Shown here: positions 37,308 to 44,775 of the stretch, piece by piece
Layout: each line of letters opens with the position of its first letter
Numbering within the stretch: position 1 is the stretch's first letter
Origin: an uncultured Clostridia bacterium
GTDB taxonomy: Bacteria; Bacillota; Clostridia; Christensenellales; CAG-917
Reading direction: 5' to 3'
DNA length: 64,000 bases
Assembly: GCA_944358385.1 (NCBI GenBank)
Contig: CALVQW010000010.1
Coordinates: forward strand, 3,347-67,346
Made by a program: the position numbers and the translations under genes
The notes under the pieces: model-generated
Database searches by the model: none
The model's input: only the letters and a program-made list of their open reading frames with translations
What the model was told of the DNA's origin: nothing

Positions 37308-38237
37308 ATGCCATTGGTAACTACAACCGAGATGTTCAGGAAAGCCTATGACGGCGGCTACGCCATCGGTGCTTTCAACGTCAACAACATGGAGATCATC
37401 CAGGGTATCGTCGAAGCGGCGACCGAAGAGAACGCTCCCCTCATCCTGCAAGTTTCCGCGGGCGCGAGGAAATACGCCAACACCGTCTACCTCAAAAAGA
37501 TGGTGGAAGCGGCTGTGGAGACCAGCGGTCTGCCCATCGCGCTGCACCTCGATCACGGCGACAGCTTCGCGCTGTGCAAGGACTGCGTTGACAGCGGTTT
37601 CACCTCCGTCATGATCGACGCGAGCGCGCATCCCTTCGCCGAGAATATCAGCATCACCAAACAGGTCGTCGAATATGCGCACGATCACGGCGTGGTCGTC
37701 GAGGCGGAACTCGGCAAACTCGCGGGCGTCGAGGACGACGTCAAAGTGGACGCCAAGGACGCCAGCTACACCGATCCCGATCAGGTGCAGGAGTTCGTGG
37801 AAAAGACGGGCGTTGACTCCCTCGCCATCGCCATCGGCACTTCCCACGGCGCGTTCAAGTTCAAAGGTCAGCCCAAGCTGCGCTTCGACATCCTCGAAGA
37901 GGTCGGCAGACGTCTGCCCGGCTTCCCCATCGTCCTGCATGGCGCGAGCAGCGTCCCCCAGGAATATGTCAAGATCATCAACCAGTACGGCGGCAATATG
38001 CCTGGCGCACAAGGCGTCCCCGAAGAGATGCTGAGGAAAGCCGCGAGCATGGCGGTGTGCAAGATCAACATCGACTCCGACCTGCGCCTCGCAGTCACCG
38101 CGACCATCAGGGAACACTTTGCCCTCAACCCCTCTCACTTCGATCCCCGTCAGTACCTCGGACCGGCGAGAGACGCGGTGCACAAAGTCGTGCGCCACAA
38201 GATCGTGGACGTCCTCGGCTGCAACGGCAAAGCGTAA
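37308..38237 (+). CDS. fba: Fructose-1,6-bisphosphate aldolase, class II
   Basis: MPLVTTTEMFRKAYDGGYAIGAFNVNNMEIIQGIVEAA..., LHLDHG, SHGAFKF motifs. GGAGGA lies 8 nt upstream. Confidence 0.95.
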   Translation: MPLVTTTEMFRKAYDGGYAIGAFNVNNMEIIQGIVEAATEENAPLILQVSAGARKYANTVYLKKMVEAAVETSGLPIALHLDHGDSFALCKDCVDSGFTSVMIDASAHPFAENISITKQVVEYAHDHGVVVEAELGKLAGVEDDVKVDAKDASYTDPDQVQEFVEKTGVDSLAIAIGTSHGAFKFKGQPKLRFDILEEVGRRLPGFPIVLHGASSVPQEYVKIINQYGGNMPGAQGVPEEMLRKAASMAVCKINIDSDLRLAVTATIREHFALNPSHFDPRQYLGPARDAVHKVVRHKIVDVLGCNGKA

Positions 38238-38279
38238 AACGCTCGGGGCGGTACAGCCGCAACCAACATCACAAAACGC

Positions 38280-38308
38280 AAAAAAGCGAGCACTCGCTCG
38301 CTTTTTTC
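38280..38308 (+). terminator. Rho-independent terminator of fba
   Basis: aaaaaagcgagc actc gctcgctttttt. Confidence 0.8.
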
Positions 38309-38449
38309 TTGTCCTTCCGTGCGCATGCGCCGCTCCCCTGCCGTCCGCCCTTCCTCTCTCTTGCGGCGAAAAGGTGCGCCGACGGGTACACAATACGCGC
38401 TTTTGCCCGCGCGCTTGGCGGCGGCGGGAAAGTGTGGTATAATCGGGAT

Positions 38450-39205
38450 ATGCAACAGATACTCTCCGCCATGCGGCGGGCGATCCAGGACTACAAGATG
38501 ATCGAGGACGGCGACAGGATCTTCGTCGGGCTTTCGGGCGGCAAGGACAGCGTGTTGCTGCTTGCCGCACTTGCGGCGTACAAGAGATTCTCGCCTGAAC
38601 GGTTCGATCTTCAAGCCATAACGGTGGACATGGGCTTCAAGGACACCCCCGTCTCGGAGACGGACACCGTCTCGCGGCTTTGTGAGGGACTCGGAGTCCC
38701 CCGCCATATAGTCAAAACGGACATCGCGGAGATAGTCTTTGACGCGCGGAAGGAGTCCAATCCCTGCTCTCTCTGTGCCAAATTCCGCAGAGGCGCGCTC
38801 AACAGCGAGATCAACCGTTTGGGCGGCGGCAAGCTCGCCCTCGGACACAACGCGGACGATGTGGCGGAGACCGCGCTGATGTCCCTCTTTTACGAGGGAC
38901 GCTTTTCCTGTTTCACCCCGACGGCGTATATGGACAAGAGCGGCGTGACGCTCATCCGCCCCTTCGTCTACATCGAGGAATGCGACATCACGGGCGCGGT
39001 CAACCGCCTGGGACTGCCCGTGGTCAAGAATCCCTGCCCTGCCGACCACTTCACCAAACGCGAGTATATGAAAGAGCTTATCAAAACCATCCGCCGGGAC
39101 ATCCCCTTTGTGAAGGAGCGCATCCTCGGCGCAGTCTACCACCCCGAACGCGCCAACCTCTGGCCCGCAGCCGCCCCTCCTCCCCGTGGCGACGAAAACG
39201 CCTGA
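38450..39205 (+). CDS. ttcA: PP-loop ATPase of the TtcA family (tRNA 2-thiocytidine biosynthesis-like)
   Basis: MQQILSAMRRAIQDYKMIEDGDRIFVGLSGGKDSVLL (SGGKDS PP-loop), CSLCAKFRRG. The upstream part of ORF 38057..39205 overlaps fba and the terminator and is not coding. Confidence 0.85.
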   Translation: MQQILSAMRRAIQDYKMIEDGDRIFVGLSGGKDSVLLLAALAAYKRFSPERFDLQAITVDMGFKDTPVSETDTVSRLCEGLGVPRHIVKTDIAEIVFDARKESNPCSLCAKFRRGALNSEINRLGGGKLALGHNADDVAETALMSLFYEGRFSCFTPTAYMDKSGVTLIRPFVYIEECDITGAVNRLGLPVVKNPCPADHFTKREYMKELIKTIRRDIPFVKERILGAVYHPERANLWPAAAPPPRGDENA

Positions 39206-39379
39206 CGCCGCCCCGCGCGACAGCGTGACCACCCGACACACCCCGCGACTAAACCAAGATCCGATGTCTCTCCAAGTGCCGCGCCTCTCTCTCCTCCCCG
39301 CGCACCCGTCATACGCGCCAAGACGGCACAAACAACACTCCCGCGACAGCAATAACCCAAACACACACTTTACAACATC

Positions 39380-39408
39380 AAAACCGCCGCATAAAGCGGC
39401 GGTTTTGT
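39380..39408 (+). terminator. Terminator-like hairpin downstream of the ttcA-like gene
   Basis: aaaaccgccgc ataaa gcggcggttttg. Confidence 0.65.
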
Positions 39409-39475
39409 TGGATGCGTCCATTGCGGGGCAAAGAGTAAATGCGACGGGACAAGCTCTCTCAAAATGTACAGCGGG

Positions 39476-40235
39476 TTCAAGCACGCTACGAATATGCTGT
39501 TCGTCTCTGGGGGACTTGCTCAAAGTGTGCGTCGTGTTCGGAGAGTATAAAACTTGCTGACGTACACTGACAGGGGAGTTAGAAACCCCCTCCAACCCGG
39601 GGACCCCACAAAATGCATGCATTTTGCGGGGAGCCCCATTCGGGCTTTCCTCCCCCGTGTCGTCGCAGCACGCACTCGGCTTGCGCGGCGGCGTTGCCTT
39701 CGCCGCTTATCTGTCGCACGGCTGCTCCTTTTCCCCTTCCGAATATTCATTCGGCGGGGACCCCGTGGGGCTTCTCTCCTAGCAAAATGCGGGACTAACT
39801 TTACATCTCTACAAAAGTTTATTTCTCGCACTCACATAACTAAGCGGATGACTGCACCCACTGAATACCCGGCACGATTACCCCAGCTGAAAATCAAAGA
39901 TTTTCACCCGGGGACCCCGTGGGCGGAGGAATGACGCGATCGGCGCAAGGCGCAACGATCGCTAGACCTTCGGTGCGGCACGACGCGATTGGCGCAAAGC
40001 GCAACAATCGCTGGACCTTCGGTTCGTGCACGAGTGCTACCACTACTTAGGTGCACGTTAGCCCGACGCGATCGGCGCGGAGCGCAGCGATCGCTGGACC
40101 TCACGGTTCGGCACTCAAATAGTCGCCGCCCTGCGGCTCCGATTCCGTCTCCGAAAGAAAGACGTCGTGCTCAGGCGCACCCGCTCGGAGTGTGCGTTGA
40201 CCGTCTCCGAAATGGCAGCACCGCTTGAAACAAGC
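39476..40235 (+). repeat. Family-C non-coding element, copy C3 (the longest copy, carrying several hairpin-module insertions)
   Basis: Same ordered blocks as C1 and C2, plus insertions at about 39592-39635, 39662-39785, 39877-39920 and 39933-40114. Confidence 0.8.
39933..40114 (+). repeat. Three copies of a 49-50-nt hairpin module inside C3
   Basis: gacgcgatcggcgcaaggcgcaacgatcgctagaccttcggtgcggcac at 39933-39981, with further copies at 39982-40031 and 40065-40114. This module is absent from C1 and C2. Confidence 0.85.
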
Positions 40236-40485
40236 CGGAGTTGCACCATTACCATATTTTGTCAAGGAATTGCGCTGAAAAATTTTGCTTGCAAAGCGAG
40301 CAAAAATTTTCGCGCCCTTGACAACGACCTTCCGTTAAAATCAAAACACGCGCGGAGCGGTTTCCCGCCCCGCGCTTTAATTACTTTATAACCCGCCGAA
40401 CCCCGTTCGGCGGACTTTTTCCCCGCCGACACTTCGTCGGGGTGCCGCTGTTTTGTTCGTGTGCGCCCGCTCCTGCTGCTAATTC

Positions 40486-40612
40486 ACTGAACGCCGCCAT
40501 TTTGCGTCAGACAAGGAAAAGCCCCCGTCGGGAGGCGGAGCGTACAATGACGTACGTGAGCATCTACGGCAGGGGCTTTGACGCAGTATCACACAAAATG
40601 GCGGCGTTCAGT
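40486..40612 (+). repeat. Family-B hairpin element B3
   Basis: The outer arms actgaacgccgccatttt and aaaatggcggcgttcagt are perfectly complementary. The apex reads ggcggagcgtac aatgac gtacgtgagc. Confidence 0.9.
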
Positions 40613-40618
40613 TGGCTG

Positions 40619-40730
40619 AGGGCAATATTCGGATGAAGAACAAGGAAGAGCCGCGTCTCCCGGGCGCGCGGCGTACTTCTCGTACGTAAGCGGTCGGGGA
40701 CGCGGCTCTAACACAGTTAGTTATTCGCCC
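40619..40730 (+). repeat. Family-B hairpin element B4 (variant outer arms)
   Basis: gggcaatattcggatgaagaacaaggaag-AGCCGCGTCTCCC-...ggcgtacttctcgtacgtaagc...-GGGGACGCGGCT-ctaacacagttagttattcgccc. Confidence 0.8.
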
Positions 40731-40801
40731 AACGCTAAGCTAATTAGCTGAGCGCGATATTTGGATGCAGAACGCGAAAGCACCCTGCTTACGTTGGCTG
40801 A

Positions 40802-40950
40802 GGGCAATATTCGGATGAAGTGCAAGGAAAGTGCCTGCGGGATGGACAGGAGCGTACTTTTTTGCCCCAGCTGAAAATCAAAGATTTTCACCTGGGGACC
40901 CCGTTGTACGTGACTGTTCAGACCGCAGGCACCTGACACAGTTATTCACC
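40802..40950 (+). repeat. Family-B hairpin element B5, carrying a 48-nt insertion in its apical loop
   Basis: Middle stem gtgcctgcgg / ccgcaggcac. The apex gagcgtac[48 nt]gtacgtgac is interrupted at 40858-40905. Confidence 0.85.
40865..40904. mobile_element. ~40-nt palindromic mini-insertion (second copy at 39881-39920)
   Basis: ccccagctgaaaatcaaagattttcacc[t/c]ggggaccccgt occurs at both sites. Paralogous host repeats lack it, so empty sites are visible. Confidence 0.65.
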
Positions 40951-41064
40951 AATTATAACGCTAATTAGCTGAGCGCGATATTTGGATGCAGAACGCGAAA
41001 GCACTCTGCTTACGTTGTCTGAGGGCAATATTCGGATCAAGAACAAGGAAAATTCCCGAAAGAT

Positions 41065-41187
41065 CTGACGCTCTCATTTAGATGAGATGCGCGAAAGAGC
41101 CACTGTCAGGGAGCGGAGCGTACTAATGCGTACGTGAGCACCATGACAGTGGCTCTGACAAAGCAGATCGCTAAATGAGCGCGTCAG
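41065..41187 (+). repeat. Family-B hairpin element B6
   Basis: Outer arms ctgacgctctcatttag / ctaaatgagcgcgtcag. Middle stem agagccactgtca / tgacagtggctct (13 bp, perfect). The 3' arm contains the rplQ stop codon. Confidence 0.9.
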
Positions 41188-41690
41188 ATGAGTTGGAGCA
41201 GGCAAACCTGCGCCGCATCCCCCCTCCTCACTCCCGTGCGAAGGATGCGGGTGTAGCCGCCGCCTTTGCCGAGTTCGGTGGCGCGGGCGTCATATTTGGG
41301 GGCGTACTCTTTGAAGAGTTTCTCGATGAGAGGATGATGCACGTCCTTGATGCGCGCGGTGTAAGCGGCTTTGCTCTCTTTCTCTTTGCGCATTTCCTGA
41401 AGGTCGCGCAGTTCCGCCATGAGTCTTCTGCGGGCGGCGAGCTTTTTGACGCCGTCGTTGACGAACTTGACCTCGGTCTTTTCGCCTTTCGCGCCCTTGA
41501 CGCTCTTGGTGACGGTGACCTCGTCCTGATAGGTGCGAACGGCGAGGGTGATGAGCTTCTCAGCCATTCTTCTGACCTCTTTGGCGCGGTCGACGGTGGT
41601 CTCGATCTCGCCGTACCACAGCAGTTCGGAGACCTGATTGCGGAGCATCGCCATTCTCTGGTCGGTGCGTTTACCTAATTTTCTTGCCAT
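41184..41690 (-). CDS. rplQ: 50S ribosomal protein L17
   Basis: MARKLGKRTDQRMAMLRNQVSELLWYGEIETT...; last gene of the alpha operon. Confidence 0.96.
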   Translation of the reverse strand: MARKLGKRTDQRMAMLRNQVSELLWYGEIETTVDRAKEVRRMAEKLITLAVRTYQDEVTVTKSVKGAKGEKTEVKFVNDGVKKLAARRRLMAELRDLQEMRKEKESKAAYTARIKDVHHPLIEKLFKEYAPKYDARATELGKGGGYTRILRTGVRRGDAAQVCLLQLI

Positions 41691-41699
41691 GATGTCCTC

Positions 41700-42653
41700 C
41701 TAGTCCTCTTGCGCTTTGAGGCTCAGTCCCAGTTCTTCGAGCTTTTTCACGACTTCTTCGAGGGATTTTCTGCCGAGGTTCCTGACTTTGAGCATATCGT
41801 CCTCGGTGCGTCTGGTGAGATCGGCGACGGTGTGGATGTTGGCGCGTTTGAGGCAATTGTAGGAACGCACGGAGAGGTCGAGATCCTCCACGGACATTTC
41901 CATGACCTTCTGCGTCTTGTCGTCGTCCTGGGACACCAGAATGTCCCGCTCGCCCATATTATCGACGAGTTCGACAAATAGTTTCATATGATCGTTGATG
42001 ATCTTGGCGGCGAGGGAGATGATCTCCTTGGCGGAGACGGTCCCGTCCGTCGTGACCTCAATGGTGAGCTTGTCGAAATCGATGCTCTGCTCGACACGGG
42101 TGTTCTCCACCGCGTAATTGACCTTGGTCACGGGGGTGAAGATGCTGTCGATGGGGATGAAGCCGATCTCCTTGTTGGGATCCTTGTTGCGCTCGGCGGG
42201 GACATAGCCGCGGCCGTAGCCGACATAGATCCTCATATCGATGCTGCCGCCCTCGTCGAGGGTGCAGATGAGCTGATCGGGGTTGAGCACTTCGACTCCG
42301 GTGGGCAGGTCGATATCGCCCGCGGTGACCGCACCCACCGCATCGGCGTGGAGATCGAGCGCGATCTTCACGTCGTCCTGGGGAGCGTCAACACGGAAGC
42401 GCACGGTTTTGAGGTTGAGAATGATCTCGGTGACCTCTTCCTTCACGCCTTTGATGGTGGAAAACTCGTGATCCACGCCGTCGATCTTGATGCCGACTGC
42501 CGCCGCACCGGGCAGGGAGGACAGGAGAACACGTCTCAAACTGTTGCCGAGGGTGGTGCCGAAACCGCGCTCCAGCGGCTCGACGACGAACTTCGCATAA
42601 TTCTTGCTTTCGTTTTCCTCGAACGTTATCTTGGGCTTTTTGATCTCCATCAT
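41700..42653 (-). CDS. rpoA: DNA-directed RNA polymerase subunit alpha
   Basis: 317 aa. ...FVVEPLERGFGTTLGNSLRRVLLSSLPGAA..., C-terminal domain ...SVRSYNCLKRANIHTVADL. Confidence 0.97.
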   Translation of the reverse strand: MMEIKKPKITFEENESKNYAKFVVEPLERGFGTTLGNSLRRVLLSSLPGAAAVGIKIDGVDHEFSTIKGVKEEVTEIILNLKTVRFRVDAPQDDVKIALDLHADAVGAVTAGDIDLPTGVEVLNPDQLICTLDEGGSIDMRIYVGYGRGYVPAERNKDPNKEIGFIPIDSIFTPVTKVNYAVENTRVEQSIDFDKLTIEVTTDGTVSAKEIISLAAKIINDHMKLFVELVDNMGERDILVSQDDDKTQKVMEMSVEDLDLSVRSYNCLKRANIHTVADLTRRTEDDMLKVRNLGRKSLEEVVKKLEELGLSLKAQED

Positions 42654-42673
42654 AATAAGATCCTCCTGACGGC

Positions 42674-43267
42674 TTATTTAGAGTACAACTCGATGATGAG
42701 GTGTTCCTTGATCTCGACGTCGACGATGTCCGCTCTTTCGGGGAGAGAGAGCACTTTGCCGCTAAGCTCGTTGTTGTCCCATTCCAGCCACTTGACGATG
42801 GAAAGGTTCTTGACCTCTTTTGCCGCCTGCCAGATGGGAAGGTTCTTCTTGTTCTCCTTGACGGCGATGACGTCGCCCGCCTCGACGAGATAGGAGGGGA
42901 TGTCCACTCTCTTGCCGTTGACGGTGATGTGACCGTGGTTGACCAGCTGACGCGCCATGGCGCGAGTCTTGCCGAGTCCCAGACGATAGACGACGTTGTC
43001 CAGCCTGCGCTCGAGGAGGATGAGCATGTTCTCACCCGTCACGCCGCGCATCTTGGACGCCTTCTCGTAGTAGCTCCTGAACTGCTTTTCCAACACGCCG
43101 TAGACGAACTTGACCTTTTGCTTCTCTTTGAGCTGCATGGCGTAGTCGCTCTGCTTTTTCCTGCGGAACTTGACCTGTTTGGTGGATTTGCGGGAAATGC
43201 CGAGGTCGGCGGGATTGATGCCGAGTGCCCTGCACTTCTTCATGACAGGACCTGTATATTTAGCCAT
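42674..43267 (-). CDS. rpsD: 30S ribosomal protein S4
   Basis: MAKYTGPVMKKCRALGINP...; S4 domain. Confidence 0.96.
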   Translation of the reverse strand: MAKYTGPVMKKCRALGINPADLGISRKSTKQVKFRRKKQSDYAMQLKEKQKVKFVYGVLEKQFRSYYEKASKMRGVTGENMLILLERRLDNVVYRLGLGKTRAMARQLVNHGHITVNGKRVDIPSYLVEAGDVIAVKENKKNLPIWQAAKEVKNLSIVKWLEWDNNELSGKVLSLPERADIVDVEIKEHLIIELYSK

Positions 43268-43281
43268 AATTCACGATCCTC

Positions 43282-43668
43282 CTATATTCTTCTGCGCTTG
43301 GGGGGACGGCAGCCGTTGTGGGGGATGGGAGACACGTCCTGGATGAGCGTGACTTCGAGTCCCACGTTGCCGAGTGCACGGATGGCGGACTCTCTGCCCT
43401 GCCCCGGTCCCTTGACGTAGACTTCCACCGATCTCATACCCTGATCGTAGGCGACCTTGGCGGCGTCCTCGCTGATCATCTGAGCGGCGAAGGGGGTGGA
43501 CTTTCTGGAACCCCTGAGCTTGAGTTTGCCCGCGGAGGACCAGGACACCGCATTGCCGTTCATATCGGTGATGGTGACGATGGTGTTGTTGAACGACGCA
43601 TGGATGTGGGCTTGACCACGCTCCACGCGCTTGATATCCTTTCTCTTCTTGATCTTCTTACCTGCCAT
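43282..43668 (-). CDS. rpsK: 30S ribosomal protein S11
   Basis: ...[30 protein letters not shown]... Confidence 0.96.
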   Translation of the reverse strand: MAGKKIKKRKDIKRVERGQAHIHASFNNTIVTITDMNGNAVSWSSAGKLKLRGSRKSTPFAAQMISEDAAKVAYDQGMRSVEVYVKGPGQGRESAIRALGNVGLEVTLIQDVSPIPHNGCRPPKRRRI

Positions 43669-43683
43669 AATTGGACGCCTCCC

Positions 43684-44058
43684 TTATTTGCCTTTCTTCT
43701 TGCGGCCGACGGTACGTTTCGGTCCTTTTCTGGTACGGGCGTTCTGCTTGGTGCTCTGTCCGCGCACAGGAAGTCCCTTCCTGTGACGGATGCCGCGGTA
43801 GCAGCCGATCTCCATAAGACGTTTGATGTTGAGACCGACCTCTCTCTTGAGATCGCCCTCGACGTGCAAATTCTTTTCGATGTAGTCGCGGATGAGGCTG
43901 ACCTGCGCTTCGGTGAGATCCTTCACTCTGATGTCGGGATCGATGCCCGTCTCCGCAAGTATCTTATTCGCGGTGGGACGACCGATGCCGTAGATGTAGG
44001 TAAGCCCTATCTCCACTCTCTTTTCGCGCGGAAGATCCACGCCGGCTATTCTTGCCAT
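43684..44058 (-). CDS. rpsM: 30S ribosomal protein S13
   Basis: [26 protein letters not shown]... Confidence 0.96.
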   Translation of the reverse strand: MARIAGVDLPREKRVEIGLTYIYGIGRPTANKILAETGIDPDIRVKDLTEAQVSLIRDYIEKNLHVEGDLKREVGLNIKRLMEIGCYRGIRHRKGLPVRGQSTKQNARTRKGPKRTVGRKKKGK

Positions 44059-44155
44059 TTCTTACCTCCGAAAATTTAACGTGTATATATGTGACGCGCA
44101 GAAAGCCGCACTTTTAAGGAATGAGCGCGACCAGCCGCTCTGCGCACTGTTGCTC

Positions 44156-44272
44156 TCAGCCTTGACGCTGCTTGTGGTTGGGGTACTTGGGGCAAATGAC
44201 CATCACTTTGCCGTTTCTCTTGATGACTTTGCACTTGTCGCACATGGGCTTCACGCTGGGTCTGACTTTCAT
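44156..44272 (-). CDS. rpmJ: 50S ribosomal protein L36 (38 aa; absent from the ORF track)
   Basis: Hand translation [38 protein letters not shown]. Confidence 0.93.
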   Translation of the reverse strand: MKVRPSVKPMCDKCKVIKRNGKVMVICPKYPNHKQRQG

Positions 44273-44281
44273 AAGAACCTC

Positions 44282-44500
44282 CTATTTGTTTCTGTAAATG
44301 ATCCTGCCCTTCGTCAGGTCGTAGGGCGACATCTCGATCTTTACTCTGTCGCCTTCCAGAATTCTGATGTTGTTGATGCGGAGTTTGCCTCCGAGGTATG
44401 CCAGGATGACATGACCGTTGGTGAGCTGCACCTTGAACTGAGTCTTGGGCAGAACTTCGATGACTTTGCCTTCGGTTTCGATGACGTCTATTTTCGACAT
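44282..44500 (-). CDS. infA: Translation initiation factor IF-1
   Basis: [41 protein letters not shown]... Confidence 0.96.
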   Translation of the reverse strand: MSKIDVIETEGKVIEVLPKTQFKVQLTNGHVILAYLGGKLRINNIRILEGDRVKIEMSPYDLTKGRIIYRNK

Positions 44501-44508
44501 AACACTCC

Positions 44509-44775
44509 TTATATCCTGTTTTTGCCGTATAATTTGAGCGCGCTGTACAGTTCGGTGTCGAACACCTGTGCGCCCGCCTCCAGCTTCTCAGCGATGCGCT
44601 CCAGCCTGTCGCCTGTCTCTTTGAGGTGCTTGACGTTTTTGAGCTTGGCATTCCTGAGCCGCCTGACATCGCCGTCCGCGATCCTGACGAATCTCTCGTT
44701 CTCCACCGCGACCACCGCGAAATATCTCCCGCCGTCGCGCCCGGATTTGGAAAAAACCACGTCTCCCGGTCTCAT
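44509..44775 (-). CDS. KOW-domain RNA-binding protein (small conserved gene between map and infA in Clostridia)
   Basis: [35 protein letters not shown]... Start at 44775 forms an ATGA overlap with the map stop; the track ORF is extended upstream of this. Confidence 0.75.
   Translation of the reverse strand: MRPGDVVFSKSGRDGGRYFAVVAVENERFVRIADGDVRRLRNAKLKNVKHLKETGDRLERIAEKLEAGAQVFDTELYSALKLYGKNRI

Noticed and set aside
39186-40228. ORFs within family-C copies (39186..39560, 39520..39831, 39554..39934, 5480..5764, 32547..32876, 57404..57679) considered as a conserved small protein
   Set aside because: Homologous DNA blocks are read in different frames and on different strands in the different copies, and indels between copies are not multiples of three.
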